From positions 51,550-115,549 of IMG/VR virus record IMGVR_UViG_3300020045_006153: a DNA stretch of 64,000 bases; one strand, given 5' to 3'. Position 1 is the stretch's first letter. Each line of letters begins with the position of its first letter. The DNA comes from a virus (Duplodnaviria; Heunggongvirae; Uroviricota; Caudoviricetes). Shown piece after piece: positions 10,307-18,428 of the stretch. The position numbers and the translations under genes were made by a program. The notes below the pieces were generated by a model, which had not been told where the DNA came from, searched no databases, and was given only the letters and a program-made list of their open reading frames with translations.

Positions 10307-11406
10307 GCATCGAACAATACAATTTATCAACTAAGACAGATTACTTAAATCGCAAGATGTTTCTGGATCCAGCAGGCCCTGTTACTATCCAGCGTTTTGA
10401 AGAAGTAAAATACAACAAGATCGCAAAGTACGAAGAAACCGCTCGTGGATTTTTTTGGCAACCTGAAGAAATTTCACTCACTAAAGACGCCGGAGATTTT
10501 AAAGATGCTAGCGACGCAATTCGCCACATTTTTACAAGCAATTTACTTCGCCAAACAGCACTAGATTCGTTACAAGGGCGCGGTCCTCAACAAGTGTTTA
10601 CACCAGTTGTATCATTGCCGGAACTAGAAGCATTATGTTTTAATTGGGGATTTTTTGAATCAAATATTCATAGCAAATCATACAGCCACATTATTCGTAA
10701 TATCTATAATGTACCTAAGGATATTTTTAATTCTATCCACGATACACAAGAAATTATTAATATGGCGTCTACGATCGGTAATTACTATGACAAACTGCAT
10801 GTACTGAACTGTCGTAAAGAATGTGGTATAGAAGTGACTGAAAAGGAGCATATTAAGGCGATTTGGTTGGCATTACACGCCAGTTATGGCTTGGAAGCGT
10901 TCCGATTTATGGTTTCCTTTGCAACATCCTTAGCAATGGTAGAGAACAAAATCTTTATGGGAAATGGCAATATTATTAGCCTAATTCTGCAAGATGAATT
11001 GCTGCACAAAGAATGGACAGCATACATTATCAATCAAGTCGTTAAAGAAGATCCACGATTTGCAGCAATTAAAGAAGAATGTGCTGGTGAAGTTTACGCA
11101 ATGTATATGGATGTTATTCGTGAAGAAAAAGGATGGGCAGATTACTTGTTTATGAAGGGACCTGTTATTGGCTTAAATGCTGCTATTCTAAAAGAATTTT
11201 TAGATTTTACAGCAGCAGATGCATTAAAGCAAATTGGTATTAAGTATCTCACTATTTCTCCTAAGAGCACACCTATTCCTTGGTTTAACAAGCATATGAA
11301 TACATCAAATAAACAAACAGCATTACAAGAATCCGAGTCGACGAGTTATGTCATCGGAGTAATGTCATCGGAACTAGATTACGATGCATTGCCAGAATTA
11401 AAATAA
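10303..11406 (+). CDS. nrdB: ribonucleoside-diphosphate reductase small subunit (class Ia)
   Basis: Ferritin-like diiron motifs (ExxH pairs), 367 aa, directly follows nrdA. Confidence 0.85.
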   Translation: MSIEQYNLSTKTDYLNRKMFLDPAGPVTIQRFEEVKYNKIAKYEETARGFFWQPEEISLTKDAGDFKDASDAIRHIFTSNLLRQTALDSLQGRGPQQVFTPVVSLPELEALCFNWGFFESNIHSKSYSHIIRNIYNVPKDIFNSIHDTQEIINMASTIGNYYDKLHVLNCRKECGIEVTEKEHIKAIWLALHASYGLEAFRFMVSFATSLAMVENKIFMGNGNIISLILQDELLHKEWTAYIINQVVKEDPRFAAIKEECAGEVYAMYMDVIREEKGWADYLFMKGPVIGLNAAILKEFLDFTAADALKQIGIKYLTISPKSTPIPWFNKHMNTSNKQTALQESESTSYVIGVMSSELDYDALPELK

Positions 11407-11415
11407 AGGAATACA

Positions 11416-11766
11416 ATGTTTACAATAGAAAAACTAAAATCACATTATGTAGAATTAACTATGCGATTGTCAGTCGCAGAAGATATATATAAACCAGTCA
11501 TTCAACGAGAAATCGATACTACTATTAAAAGAATCCAGAGACTCGAAGTCGGCGAAAAAAGCATTGAAGTAAGTAAATCTATTATTGCAAACACAATGAC
11601 TAGACTTAACAAAATTCAAGATAAAAACAAATGCGCTCGTGTGCGTTTTCTAGATTGGACTGCTTCGAAAATATTGCACTACGGTACTACATGGAGTGCA
11701 AGTATTCAAAATATCTCAAATAAAATTGATAGCCCATGTGTGATTAAGATGGGAGACCCTACATGA
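11416..11766 (+). CDS. hypothetical protein
   Basis: 116-aa ORF. Confidence 0.45.
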   Translation: MFTIEKLKSHYVELTMRLSVAEDIYKPVIQREIDTTIKRIQRLEVGEKSIEVSKSIIANTMTRLNKIQDKNKCARVRFLDWTASKILHYGTTWSASIQNISNKIDSPCVIKMGDPT

Positions 11767-11987
11767 AAGCAGTACTATGGAGCAAATATAATTGCACATT
11801 TTGTGATCAGGCAAAAGCATTATTAACACAAAAAGGTTATCAAATTGAAGAACGAAAAATCGGCGATGGATATACTAAAGAAGAATTACTCGAAGCAGTC
11901 CCAAGCGCAAGAACCGTACCACAAATTTTTCTCGACGGACAGCATGTCGGTGGGTTCACTGAACTCAAAGCAAAACTCGTGGATTAG
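11763..11987 (+). CDS. nrdC: glutaredoxin (RNR reductant, NrdC/NrdH-like)
   Basis: 74 aa with CTFC redox motif in a thioredoxin-fold context. Stop is TAG-TAG. Confidence 0.75.
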   Translation: MKAVLWSKYNCTFCDQAKALLTQKGYQIEERKIGDGYTKEELLEAVPSARTVPQIFLDGQHVGGFTELKAKLVD

Positions 11988-11991
11988 TAGT

Positions 11992-12357
11992 ATGACTAAT
12001 GAAGAGTTAGATGATTTAATGAAGATGCAGATTGATACAACATTATCAGCGGAAATGTATAAGAATCGCTCCTCTAGTCAAATCGGTACAATTTCCGCTG
12101 CCAATCCTACAATGGGATACATTACTGGTGCATCAGGCACAGGAGCATCTATCAGCGGAGGCAATCCTCTTAAGTCTCGAGTTGAAGAAAAAGTAGAAGC
12201 ATTAACTGATTCGATCGCTGCAATAGAAAAACGATTAGCAATCCTAGTACCCGATCCGACCAAATTAGAACATTTTGCAGCATTGCGTAAAGCATACGAC
12301 CATTATAAAATGATCGAAGCAATGTGTCAAATGCCGGAGAAAAACAATGGCGGCTGA
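11992..12357 (+). CDS. hypothetical protein
   Basis: ORF track 11845..12357 overlaps glutaredoxin out of frame. In-frame ATG at 11992 just after the grx stop is the likely start. Confidence 0.4.
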   Translation: MTNEELDDLMKMQIDTTLSAEMYKNRSSSQIGTISAANPTMGYITGASGTGASISGGNPLKSRVEEKVEALTDSIAAIEKRLAILVPDPTKLEHFAALRKAYDHYKMIEAMCQMPEKNNGG

Positions 12358-12502
12358 TCCGAAGTTAGCAGAACTAGAACGCATTGTGCGTAAGCAAGAT
12401 GCACTATTGCAGATGTTACTAAAGAAAGTATCGTTTTTAGAACGAGAAAATGCTAGGCGCAAAGTTGATATTGTAAAAGTAGAACATGCCAGAAGTAACT
12501 GA
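12347..12502 (+). CDS. small coiled-coil protein (51 aa)
   Basis: ATG 12347, MAADPKLAELERIVRKQDALLQ..., below the track length cut-off. Confidence 0.25.
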   Translation: MAADPKLAELERIVRKQDALLQMLLKKVSFLERENARRKVDIVKVEHARSN

Positions 12503-12866
12503 TAAATTCTTAAAAGATCACGATATTAGAGTGATCGACACAAACAAACGTGCAATTAAAAGAAACCGTGTAGTTGATCTCTTTACGCTTAACAATGACT
12601 ACAACATAATGCAATCCACGCAGCAACGTATGGAAACTGAACGGTTATTTACTGTAGAAATTACAGAAAGTGAATTAGATCGCATTGCATCGTTCGAAGC
12701 AAACGTGTTTAACAACATGAAGCAGCAAGGGCATTATAATATGTTCGAAATGATCATGCAGCAAAAAGAAGAAGAACAGACATTGCGGAACAAATATGCC
12801 GCAGTTAAGAAGTTATATGAGCAATACAGCATGGTGCTGTCACTTGCTAAATCAAACAATATTTAA
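12486..12866 (+). CDS. hypothetical protein
   Basis: 126-aa ORF. Confidence 0.45.
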   Translation: MPEVTDKFLKDHDIRVIDTNKRAIKRNRVVDLFTLNNDYNIMQSTQQRMETERLFTVEITESELDRIASFEANVFNNMKQQGHYNMFEMIMQQKEEEQTLRNKYAAVKKLYEQYSMVLSLAKSNNI

Positions 12867-12874
12867 GGAAAATT

Positions 12875-13162
12875 ATGTTAATTCAAAAAGGGCTCTCCAA
12901 CGGAGAAATAGTAAGTTTAAAGATTGCAAACGGTGATGAACTAATTGCACGATTTGAAGAAGAAACAAGCGATACTATTAAAATTAGTAAACCGCTAGCA
13001 ATTACTGCAAGTGCACAAGGGTTAGGAATGATTCCTTGGGTCTTTCTAGGTGATACTGATACAATTACATTGCAAAAGTCGCATGTGTTTGTAACTGTAG
13101 TGTCAAAAAAGGATGCAGCCGATCAATACCGCCAAAGCACTACAGGTATTGCATTGCTATAA
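12875..13162 (+). CDS. hypothetical protein
   Basis: 95-aa ORF. Confidence 0.45.
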   Translation: MLIQKGLSNGEIVSLKIANGDELIARFEEETSDTIKISKPLAITASAQGLGMIPWVFLGDTDTITLQKSHVFVTVVSKKDAADQYRQSTTGIALL

Positions 13163-13182
13163 ATACTCCAAAGGAGCAATGT

Positions 13183-13503
13183 ATGCCAGCAGTTGCAAGA
13201 AAAAATAGTACAGATACAGTTGCTAGTCCAGACGGAACAGGCGACGAATGCGGTTATCCTACTACACAATCTACAGCAGAAGGTTCCGGAGATGTATTTT
13301 GCAATAATATAGGAGTTGTTAGGGCAGGCGATAAAATGATTACTCATCCTCATCCGCCTAACTGTACTCCACATGCACCTGCACTTAGTTCGTTTAGTCC
13401 TAATGTTTTTGCTAATAACAAAAAAGTAGGACGAATTGGCGATGTGTATGGTGGAGATCATCCTATATCATCGGGCAGCGCAAACGTATTCGCTAATTCT
13501 TAA
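13183..13503 (+). CDS. PAAR-repeat-like protein (T4 gp5.4-like tail spike tip)
   Basis: VVRAGDKM and VGRIGDVYGGDHPISSG motifs plus His/Cys-rich HPHPPNCTPH, 106 aa. Confidence 0.4.
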   Translation: MPAVARKNSTDTVASPDGTGDECGYPTTQSTAEGSGDVFCNNIGVVRAGDKMITHPHPPNCTPHAPALSSFSPNVFANNKKVGRIGDVYGGDHPISSGSANVFANS

Positions 13504-13593
13504 GGATCTAGTAGAGGTAAAGTTGCATAGCAACTTGATATAGTGAGAGGCTATTATGCTCAGCAACAGCAAACATGCTCTATAGATGTTGTT

Positions 13594-13622
13594 TAAGTGG
13601 ACTTAGGTCCACTTACTTTTGA
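13594..13622. terminator. intrinsic terminator (TAAGTGGAC-ttag-GTCCACTTA + CTTTT)
   Basis: 9-bp perfect stem followed by a T-run. Confidence 0.55.
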
Positions 13623-13668
13623 CTAACATTTCTCTTGTATAAATTAAAATATATGCTATAATTACAGC

Positions 13669-14346
13669 ATGGCAATAGACATATATCAAAAAGTTCGCGG
13701 TACTGCATTATGGCCGGTGATTACTGCATCAAGTAAATATTACTTAGTAAATGCAATTTTACGAGAATATCACAATCATCATCATGCATGTATGGTTGTA
13801 CAATATGTTAACTTGTTAACGGAGTACAATCCATCGAATGAATTGCTGATTGCGGCAGAATGGCATGATGCAGTGTATTTTCCTGGTGCAGGAGGTGCTG
13901 CAAACGAAGCATGTTCAGCAGCAGCACTTGGTATTGAATCACGTAGTATCAATAGTCAAGTTGAACTAACTACTGAACAAAAAAATGCAATTAATAATGC
14001 CCAAACATTAATTCAGCATACTTCTGTTGAAGTACACTTACGATGTGATCACGAGGCAATTAAACCAGGTCGTGATCTTGCAATTTTATTAGATGCAGAT
14101 TTAGCGTCATTAGCAGTTGACAAATATTCAAATTTCTTGTATAATCAAGAGTGTATTATTCGTGAAAACGGAGGTATTGTTAATGATGAAACATATAAAC
14201 GGTGTGCAGAATTTCTTGTTAAATTTCTGCAATGCCGTGAATACATTTATTCAACTGAGATGGGAAGACAACTTTGGGAAAGTAAGGCACGAGAGAATAT
14301 CAAGTACTTTTGTTTTCAATATGGTGTGCCAGTATTGGAAGAATAA
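13669..14346 (+). CDS. HD-domain-like phosphohydrolase (tentative)
   Basis: H...HD arrangement (NHHHACMVV ... EWHDAVY), 225 aa. Confidence 0.35.
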   Translation: MAIDIYQKVRGTALWPVITASSKYYLVNAILREYHNHHHACMVVQYVNLLTEYNPSNELLIAAEWHDAVYFPGAGGAANEACSAAALGIESRSINSQVELTTEQKNAINNAQTLIQHTSVEVHLRCDHEAIKPGRDLAILLDADLASLAVDKYSNFLYNQECIIRENGGIVNDETYKRCAEFLVKFLQCREYIYSTEMGRQLWESKARENIKYFCFQYGVPVLEE

Positions 14347-14371
14347 ATAAAATATCGTTGTAATTCCTTTG

Positions 14372-14418
14372 AAATGAAGGCAGGCAAGACGCGGGTTCAA
14401 CTCCCGCCAGGTCCACCA
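14372..14418 (+). ncRNA. ssrA: tmRNA acceptor piece (T-arm + 3' acceptor strand + ACCA) of a permuted two-piece ssrA
   Basis: AAGACGCGGGTTCAACTCCCGCCAGGTCCACCA is near-identical to the E. coli SsrA 3' end GGACGCGGGUUCAACUCCCGCCAGCUCCACCA. Confidence 0.6.
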
Positions 14419-14619
14419 TAAAGAAATTAATGCGTAACTTTAAAGTATTATCTGTAGAAGAATCCCCAGGAGGCCAGGGTCCTGACCGAGCTTAGAAGAT
14501 TCATTACACGGCTTATGTTAATAAGCAATGGAAAACAGATGTGCTTTGGCAGATAGCACGAAACGCAAATCAAGCCCGCGAAAGAGCAATGGCAAGATTT
14601 GGTAAAGTTTCTTTATGAT

Positions 14620-14778
14620 GGGCCTGATCTGGCATTCGATTGCGTGAGATAGTAGAGACGGCAACGCGACACAGATAGTCGTAAAAAGTAAACAAAAACA
14701 ACCGCAAACGATTCAGTTTACGCATTAGCGGCCTAACAGCCGCTTAGGGTAGTTATACCTAGTAACAGAAACTAACAA
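14620..14778 (+). ncRNA. ssrA: tmRNA coding piece (5' acceptor strand GGGCCTG, D-analog, tag reading frame 14704..14736 encoding ANDSVYALAA-stop)
   Basis: GGGCCTGATCTGGCATTCGA resembles the E. coli GGGGCUGAUUCUGGAUUCGA. Acceptor pairs with CAGGTCC of the upstream piece, including a G3-U wobble and a compensatory C4-G change. Tag GCAAACGATTCAGTTTACGCATTAGCGGCCTAA. Confidence 0.6.
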
Positions 14779-14806
14779 AGACCCGCTTCGGCGGGTTCTT
14801 TTTTGA
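14779..14806. terminator. intrinsic terminator (ACCCGC-ttcg-GCGGGT + TCTTTTTT)
   Basis: GC stem, tetraloop, T-tract. Ends the tmRNA transcription unit. Confidence 0.7.
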
Positions 14807-14816
14807 TAAATATTTC

Positions 14817-16052
14817 ATGCGTATAAACGAACTATTTGAAAATATAACCCCACACGAACTTGATCATGTTGAACAAATTGCAGATGCACTTTGGTCAAAA
14901 TTAGGAGTAGATGTTGAATTCACGAGGCATTTTTTTGACAGAGTAAATGATGAGAGAAATGGCAGGCCAATTACTGCTGATGAACTTATTGCAATGTTCC
15001 AAAAAGAATTTAAAACAAACGGCATCCAAATTTCCAACATGCGCCGGCCTGAAGCAGTACTGAAAGACTTACTATCCAGCATTAACATTCCATTTGTACT
15101 TAAACGCAACGGCGACGAGAAAGAATTAGTTGCAAAAACCGTAATGCGCAAGCGCGATTTTAAGAGTCCCGATCCTGCATACATTGTTAAGGAACTATTT
15201 GATAACGGAGTCGTTTCGTGGAATTGGGGATCTAAAACCAAAACTGAAGCAGAAGCACATTTTAAAATAGGTGAATTAGAATACACATTTTATGCATATG
15301 CTCCTATGATCGGGTCGGCATCTAAACCTCGCACCGCATGGGAAATAGAATTTCGAATTTCAAATCCGTTTTATAATGGAGATAGTAGATTTGGAATTGA
15401 AAAAACTGGCAATTCAACCGCAGTTATGTCGACTGTTGTTGCTATTACAAAATCATTTTTAGAACAATATAATAGTAGTATTGATAAATTAATCTTTAGC
15501 GCTGAGGAAGATTCGCGTAAAAAGTTATATGCAAGAATGATACGTAGGTTGTTGCCGACTTGGGGGTATGAGCAAACTGGTGGTAATTTTATATTAACTA
15601 AACCAGTTGCTAATTCGTTAAATGAATTGTTTGATAACGGTGCCGCAAAATGGGGGTGGTCGTATAGAGGTTCAGAAGAAGTCGAGGCTAGTTTTGGAGT
15701 TGAAGATGTAGAATATAAATTTTATGCTTACACGGTACCTAAAGTTGGCCCAGGAGTGTGGGACGTAGAGTTTAGAATTTCAACTCCTGATTACAAGGGC
15801 ACACGGTTTGGAGTTGCAAACACAGGTAACTCCGCAATTGTAATGTCCACAATTGTATCCATACTAAAAGCATTCTTACAAGAATATGAAGGGAAAGTTA
15901 CTAAGTTAATTTTCAGTGCAAAGGAAGATTCTCGTAGAAAACTATACGCAAGAATGGTACGTAGATTGTTGCCTACTTGGGGATATGAACAAACAGGTGG
16001 CAATTTCACATTGACCAAGCCAACTGGTGTAATAAAACCGCAATCTTTGTGA
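14817..16052 (+). CDS. hypothetical protein with internal tandem domain duplication and N-terminal MRINELFE motif
   Basis: 411 aa. Two roughly 135-aa repeats ending in near-identical SRKKLYARMIRRLLPTWGYEQTGGNFILTKP / SRRKLYARMVRRLLPTWGYEQTGGNFTLTKP. Confidence 0.6.
   Translation: MRINELFENITPHELDHVEQIADALWSKLGVDVEFTRHFFDRVNDERNGRPITADELIAMFQKEFKTNGIQISNMRRPEAVLKDLLSSINIPFVLKRNGDEKELVAKTVMRKRDFKSPDPAYIVKELFDNGVVSWNWGSKTKTEAEAHFKIGELEYTFYAYAPMIGSASKPRTAWEIEFRISNPFYNGDSRFGIEKTGNSTAVMSTVVAITKSFLEQYNSSIDKLIFSAEEDSRKKLYARMIRRLLPTWGYEQTGGNFILTKPVANSLNELFDNGAAKWGWSYRGSEEVEASFGVEDVEYKFYAYTVPKVGPGVWDVEFRISTPDYKGTRFGVANTGNSAIVMSTIVSILKAFLQEYEGKVTKLIFSAKEDSRRKLYARMVRRLLPTWGYEQTGGNFTLTKPTGVIKPQSL
15186..16032 (+). 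repeat. intragenic tandem duplication (two roughly 400-nt units)
   Basis: Protein and DNA level repeat within 14817..16052. Confidence 0.6.
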
Positions 16053-16146
16053 GATAAATAATAATGCGGGCACAAGATAGCGTGTCGCTGGATTTGCGTA
16101 ACCAGCATAAAGCACCTATATGGTGCTTTTTCTTTGCCAGATCTAC

Positions 16147-16198
16147 TTGACATTAGTAGTAATACTGATATATAATAGTGTATGACAAACAGTTGTCA
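16147..16198 (+). promoter_or_regulatory. sigma70 consensus promoter TTGACA-18-TATAAT followed by perfect palindrome TGACAAACAGTTGTCA
   Basis: -35 at 16147-16152, -10 at 16171-16176, inverted repeat at 16183-16198 upstream of the OMP-like gene. Confidence 0.5.
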
Positions 16199-16214
16199 TT
16201 AAACTTAAAGGAAA

Positions 16215-16685
16215 TTGAAAATGAAGAAGTTCGTAATTATGGCAGTTTTGGCCGCAGCAGCAATGGCAGCAAGTGCAACAGAAATCGGTACTCGTTACTC
16301 CAGCGGCTTTGCTGCAAGTGGTGACAAGCAAGGCGAAAGTACCGGAGTGGTTGTTAATCAAGCAGCAGTTGTCGGTGGAGTTGGTGCAGAACTATCGTTC
16401 GATCGCTCTGCAACTGGTCCGACTACTGTCGATCGTTACACTGCTTTGGCTACATATGACGTTGCTAAGGTATTCGGTGCTACAGTAACTGCTAAGGCAG
16501 GTGGAGCATATGTTCAGCCAACTAGCAGTACAGACGGTTATGCACTTGTTGCAGGTGTAGGAGTTTCCTACCCAATCTATAAGACTGTTAGCCTTGTAGC
16601 GGATTACTCCTATCAACTTGGTCAAGATCGTATTCAGCATCTTGACGGTAACAAAGTAAGCGTGGGCGTTAAGTTCGGATTCTAA
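16215..16685 (+). CDS. outer-membrane beta-barrel-like protein (OmpW/OmpA-like small OMP) with signal peptide
   Basis: MKKFVIMAVLAAAAMAASA signal peptide, alternating amphipathic strands, C-terminal GVKFGF (terminal Phe). Confidence 0.5.
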   Translation: MKMKKFVIMAVLAAAAMAASATEIGTRYSSGFAASGDKQGESTGVVVNQAAVVGGVGAELSFDRSATGPTTVDRYTALATYDVAKVFGATVTAKAGGAYVQPTSSTDGYALVAGVGVSYPIYKTVSLVADYSYQLGQDRIQHLDGNKVSVGVKFGF

Positions 16686-16704
16686 TCTAACTTAGCATAA
16701 GTTA

Positions 16705-16728
16705 AGGACCTTCGGGTCCTTTCTTTTT
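16705..16728. terminator. intrinsic terminator (AGGACC-ttcg-GGTCCT + TTCTTTTT)
   Basis: Stem-loop plus T-tract after the OMP-like gene. Confidence 0.7.
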
Positions 16729-16799
16729 GACTACAAATGGTAAAATCAGTCGTTGACTAAACTGGTAATATCATATATAGTTAAACAAAGGAAAACAAT

Positions 16800-17120
16800 A
16801 TGTCATCATCAAATACAATTACGGCGTTGGAGTCGTTTTGCACTAATAGCACAGGAAATTCAAATCAATGGTACGGTAACAATGGACAGTACCAATGGAA
16901 TTTAGGGCGACAATCAAAAGATGGCAATATAAACGGAGTTGTACGAAAACTAGCAGGAATAGATGGAGCCGGCATTGCAATTTGGGTTGTAGCAGGTTCA
17001 ATTAAAATTAAACCCACTGGTGAGATCCTAAGGTTTACAGGCATGGCAAAAAAACATCAAAGTATGTTAGTTGGAATTAATGCTGCAACAGTAGTAGAGA
17101 ATGCGGATGTAACTGTATAA
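16800..17120 (+). CDS. hypothetical protein
   Basis: 106-aa ORF with AGGAAA RBS. Confidence 0.45.
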   Translation: MSSSNTITALESFCTNSTGNSNQWYGNNGQYQWNLGRQSKDGNINGVVRKLAGIDGAGIAIWVVAGSIKIKPTGEILRFTGMAKKHQSMLVGINAATVVENADVTV

Positions 17121-17320
17121 TGTCGATCATCCAGTTTATATACACAATACCCGAACTTCAAAAATTAACAGATTTTTGTTGGCCAGATATGGTAATTGCT
17201 GGAAGAGATAATGCACCTAACAATACGCCGTGGTGTGAAATTAGAACAAAAACAGAAACGTATAAACTGACCGAAGGTCAGTATGTTTTGAAAACTAAAA
17301 ATGGATACAGTATAAAATGA
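17120..17320 (+). CDS. hypothetical protein
   Basis: 66-aa ORF, ATGA overlap. Confidence 0.4.
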   Translation: MSIIQFIYTIPELQKLTDFCWPDMVIAGRDNAPNNTPWCEIRTKTETYKLTEGQYVLKTKNGYSIK

Positions 17321-17661
17321 GTACATACGTACCTGATCGTTGGATGATCCTAGAACTTATACACAATGACGAAACAATTATTAAAATATTCAGCGGAGAT
17401 TATGGTGGGTATTTAGGCAGCGACACTTGGAAATTAAGTTCTGAAATTGAAGAGTTTATTCCACACGCTGATCACTACGAATTTAAAAATGCAAGCGGTA
17501 GTGTTTACAAGTGTTATTATAATTGCTATGGAATGTCCGGATATATGACAAGTATATATCGTGGATGGGAATCTAAACAAACAGACGAATTTAAAATAAG
17601 GATAGATGATGCATTCGAACCAACATCAGAGCAAAGAACAGGAATCGATGGACCTTTGTAA
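17317..17661 (+). CDS. hypothetical protein
   Basis: 114-aa ORF. Confidence 0.45.
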   Translation: MSTYVPDRWMILELIHNDETIIKIFSGDYGGYLGSDTWKLSSEIEEFIPHADHYEFKNASGSVYKCYYNCYGMSGYMTSIYRGWESKQTDEFKIRIDDAFEPTSEQRTGIDGPL

Positions 17662-17791
17662 AAAGTTCATCAGAGATCAAGAAATATGGAATTCAGTAGT
17701 AGTATGGGAATCAGATCGAGTAATTGCTAACGCACATGGGTTTATTGAAGACATATGCAACATAGTGGGATTCGAAGATGACTTTAAGTGA
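17606..17791 (+). CDS. hypothetical protein (start uncertain)
   Basis: 61-aa ORF overlapping the previous gene. Confidence 0.3.
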   Translation: MMHSNQHQSKEQESMDLCKKFIRDQEIWNSVVVWESDRVIANAHGFIEDICNIVGFEDDFK

Positions 17792-17963
17792 ATACACATA
17801 TAAAGAGTTTGAAGATTGGTTTAATGAAGTTGAAGGATTTACACTTAGGAGCGAACGCTTTTACGAATCAATGACACAATTTTCAGACAATGCAAAAAAC
17901 GTGAATATAGAAATATGGATGCGAGCAGCATTTGAATGTGGAAGAAAACAAAATGAAAATTAA
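17778..17963 (+). CDS. hypothetical protein
   Basis: 61-aa ORF. Confidence 0.35.
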   Translation: MTLSEYTYKEFEDWFNEVEGFTLRSERFYESMTQFSDNAKNVNIEIWMRAAFECGRKQNEN

Positions 17964-18201
17964 ATCAGCAAACGGCGTAAGAGGATGCCTATTAAACCCT
18001 TATCACAAAGAAGGCGGATGGACCTTCCGGGTGTATGACTACGAGAATCACACGCATACCGATTACGATTTGTGCCATTCGGATCTTTTTGTTATGATCG
18101 ACGATGCTGATGCATTCTTTTACAAAGATTCAAACGGTCCAAATTTATTAGATCATTCGCCTGCGACCTTGGGCAAAGAAGATGACGCCTCTGCAAATTA
18201 A
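17932..18201 (+). CDS. hypothetical protein
   Basis: 89-aa ORF. Confidence 0.4.
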   Translation: MNVEENKMKIKSANGVRGCLLNPYHKEGGWTFRVYDYENHTHTDYDLCHSDLFVMIDDADAFFYKDSNGPNLLDHSPATLGKEDDASAN

Positions 18202-18218
18202 AATCAGTAAGAAACAAA

Positions 18219-18422
18219 ATGAACGAAGAACATCCAATAGATAAAGATGCTGAAAAGATATTTGATTTACGTGAGAGAAATAATCACTTGCGTGATCAAA
18301 TTACATATCTGCAAGAACAGATTTCCATTGTAGAGGGTGAAATCGAAAAAATTCGCGATCGTTACGAATTGATAATTGAAGGACTAGAGCAAGCGTTAGG
18401 CGACGCATTGTATAAGGATTAA
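18219..18422 (+). CDS. hypothetical coiled-coil protein
   Basis: 67-aa ORF. Confidence 0.4.
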   Translation: MNEEHPIDKDAEKIFDLRERNNHLRDQITYLQEQISIVEGEIEKIRDRYELIIEGLEQALGDALYKD

Positions 18423-18428
18423 TACAAT

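Noticed and set aside
14372-14418. Alternative reading of the SsrA 3'-end fragment as an attP core (phages often integrate into ssrA and carry its 3' end)
   Set aside because: The matching SsrA-like 5' acceptor strand, D-analog and a YALAA-type tag frame lie 200 nt downstream on the same strand, with compensatory acceptor base changes, and the unit ends in its own terminator. An attP remnant would not need any of that. The attP reading is kept only as a minority alternative.
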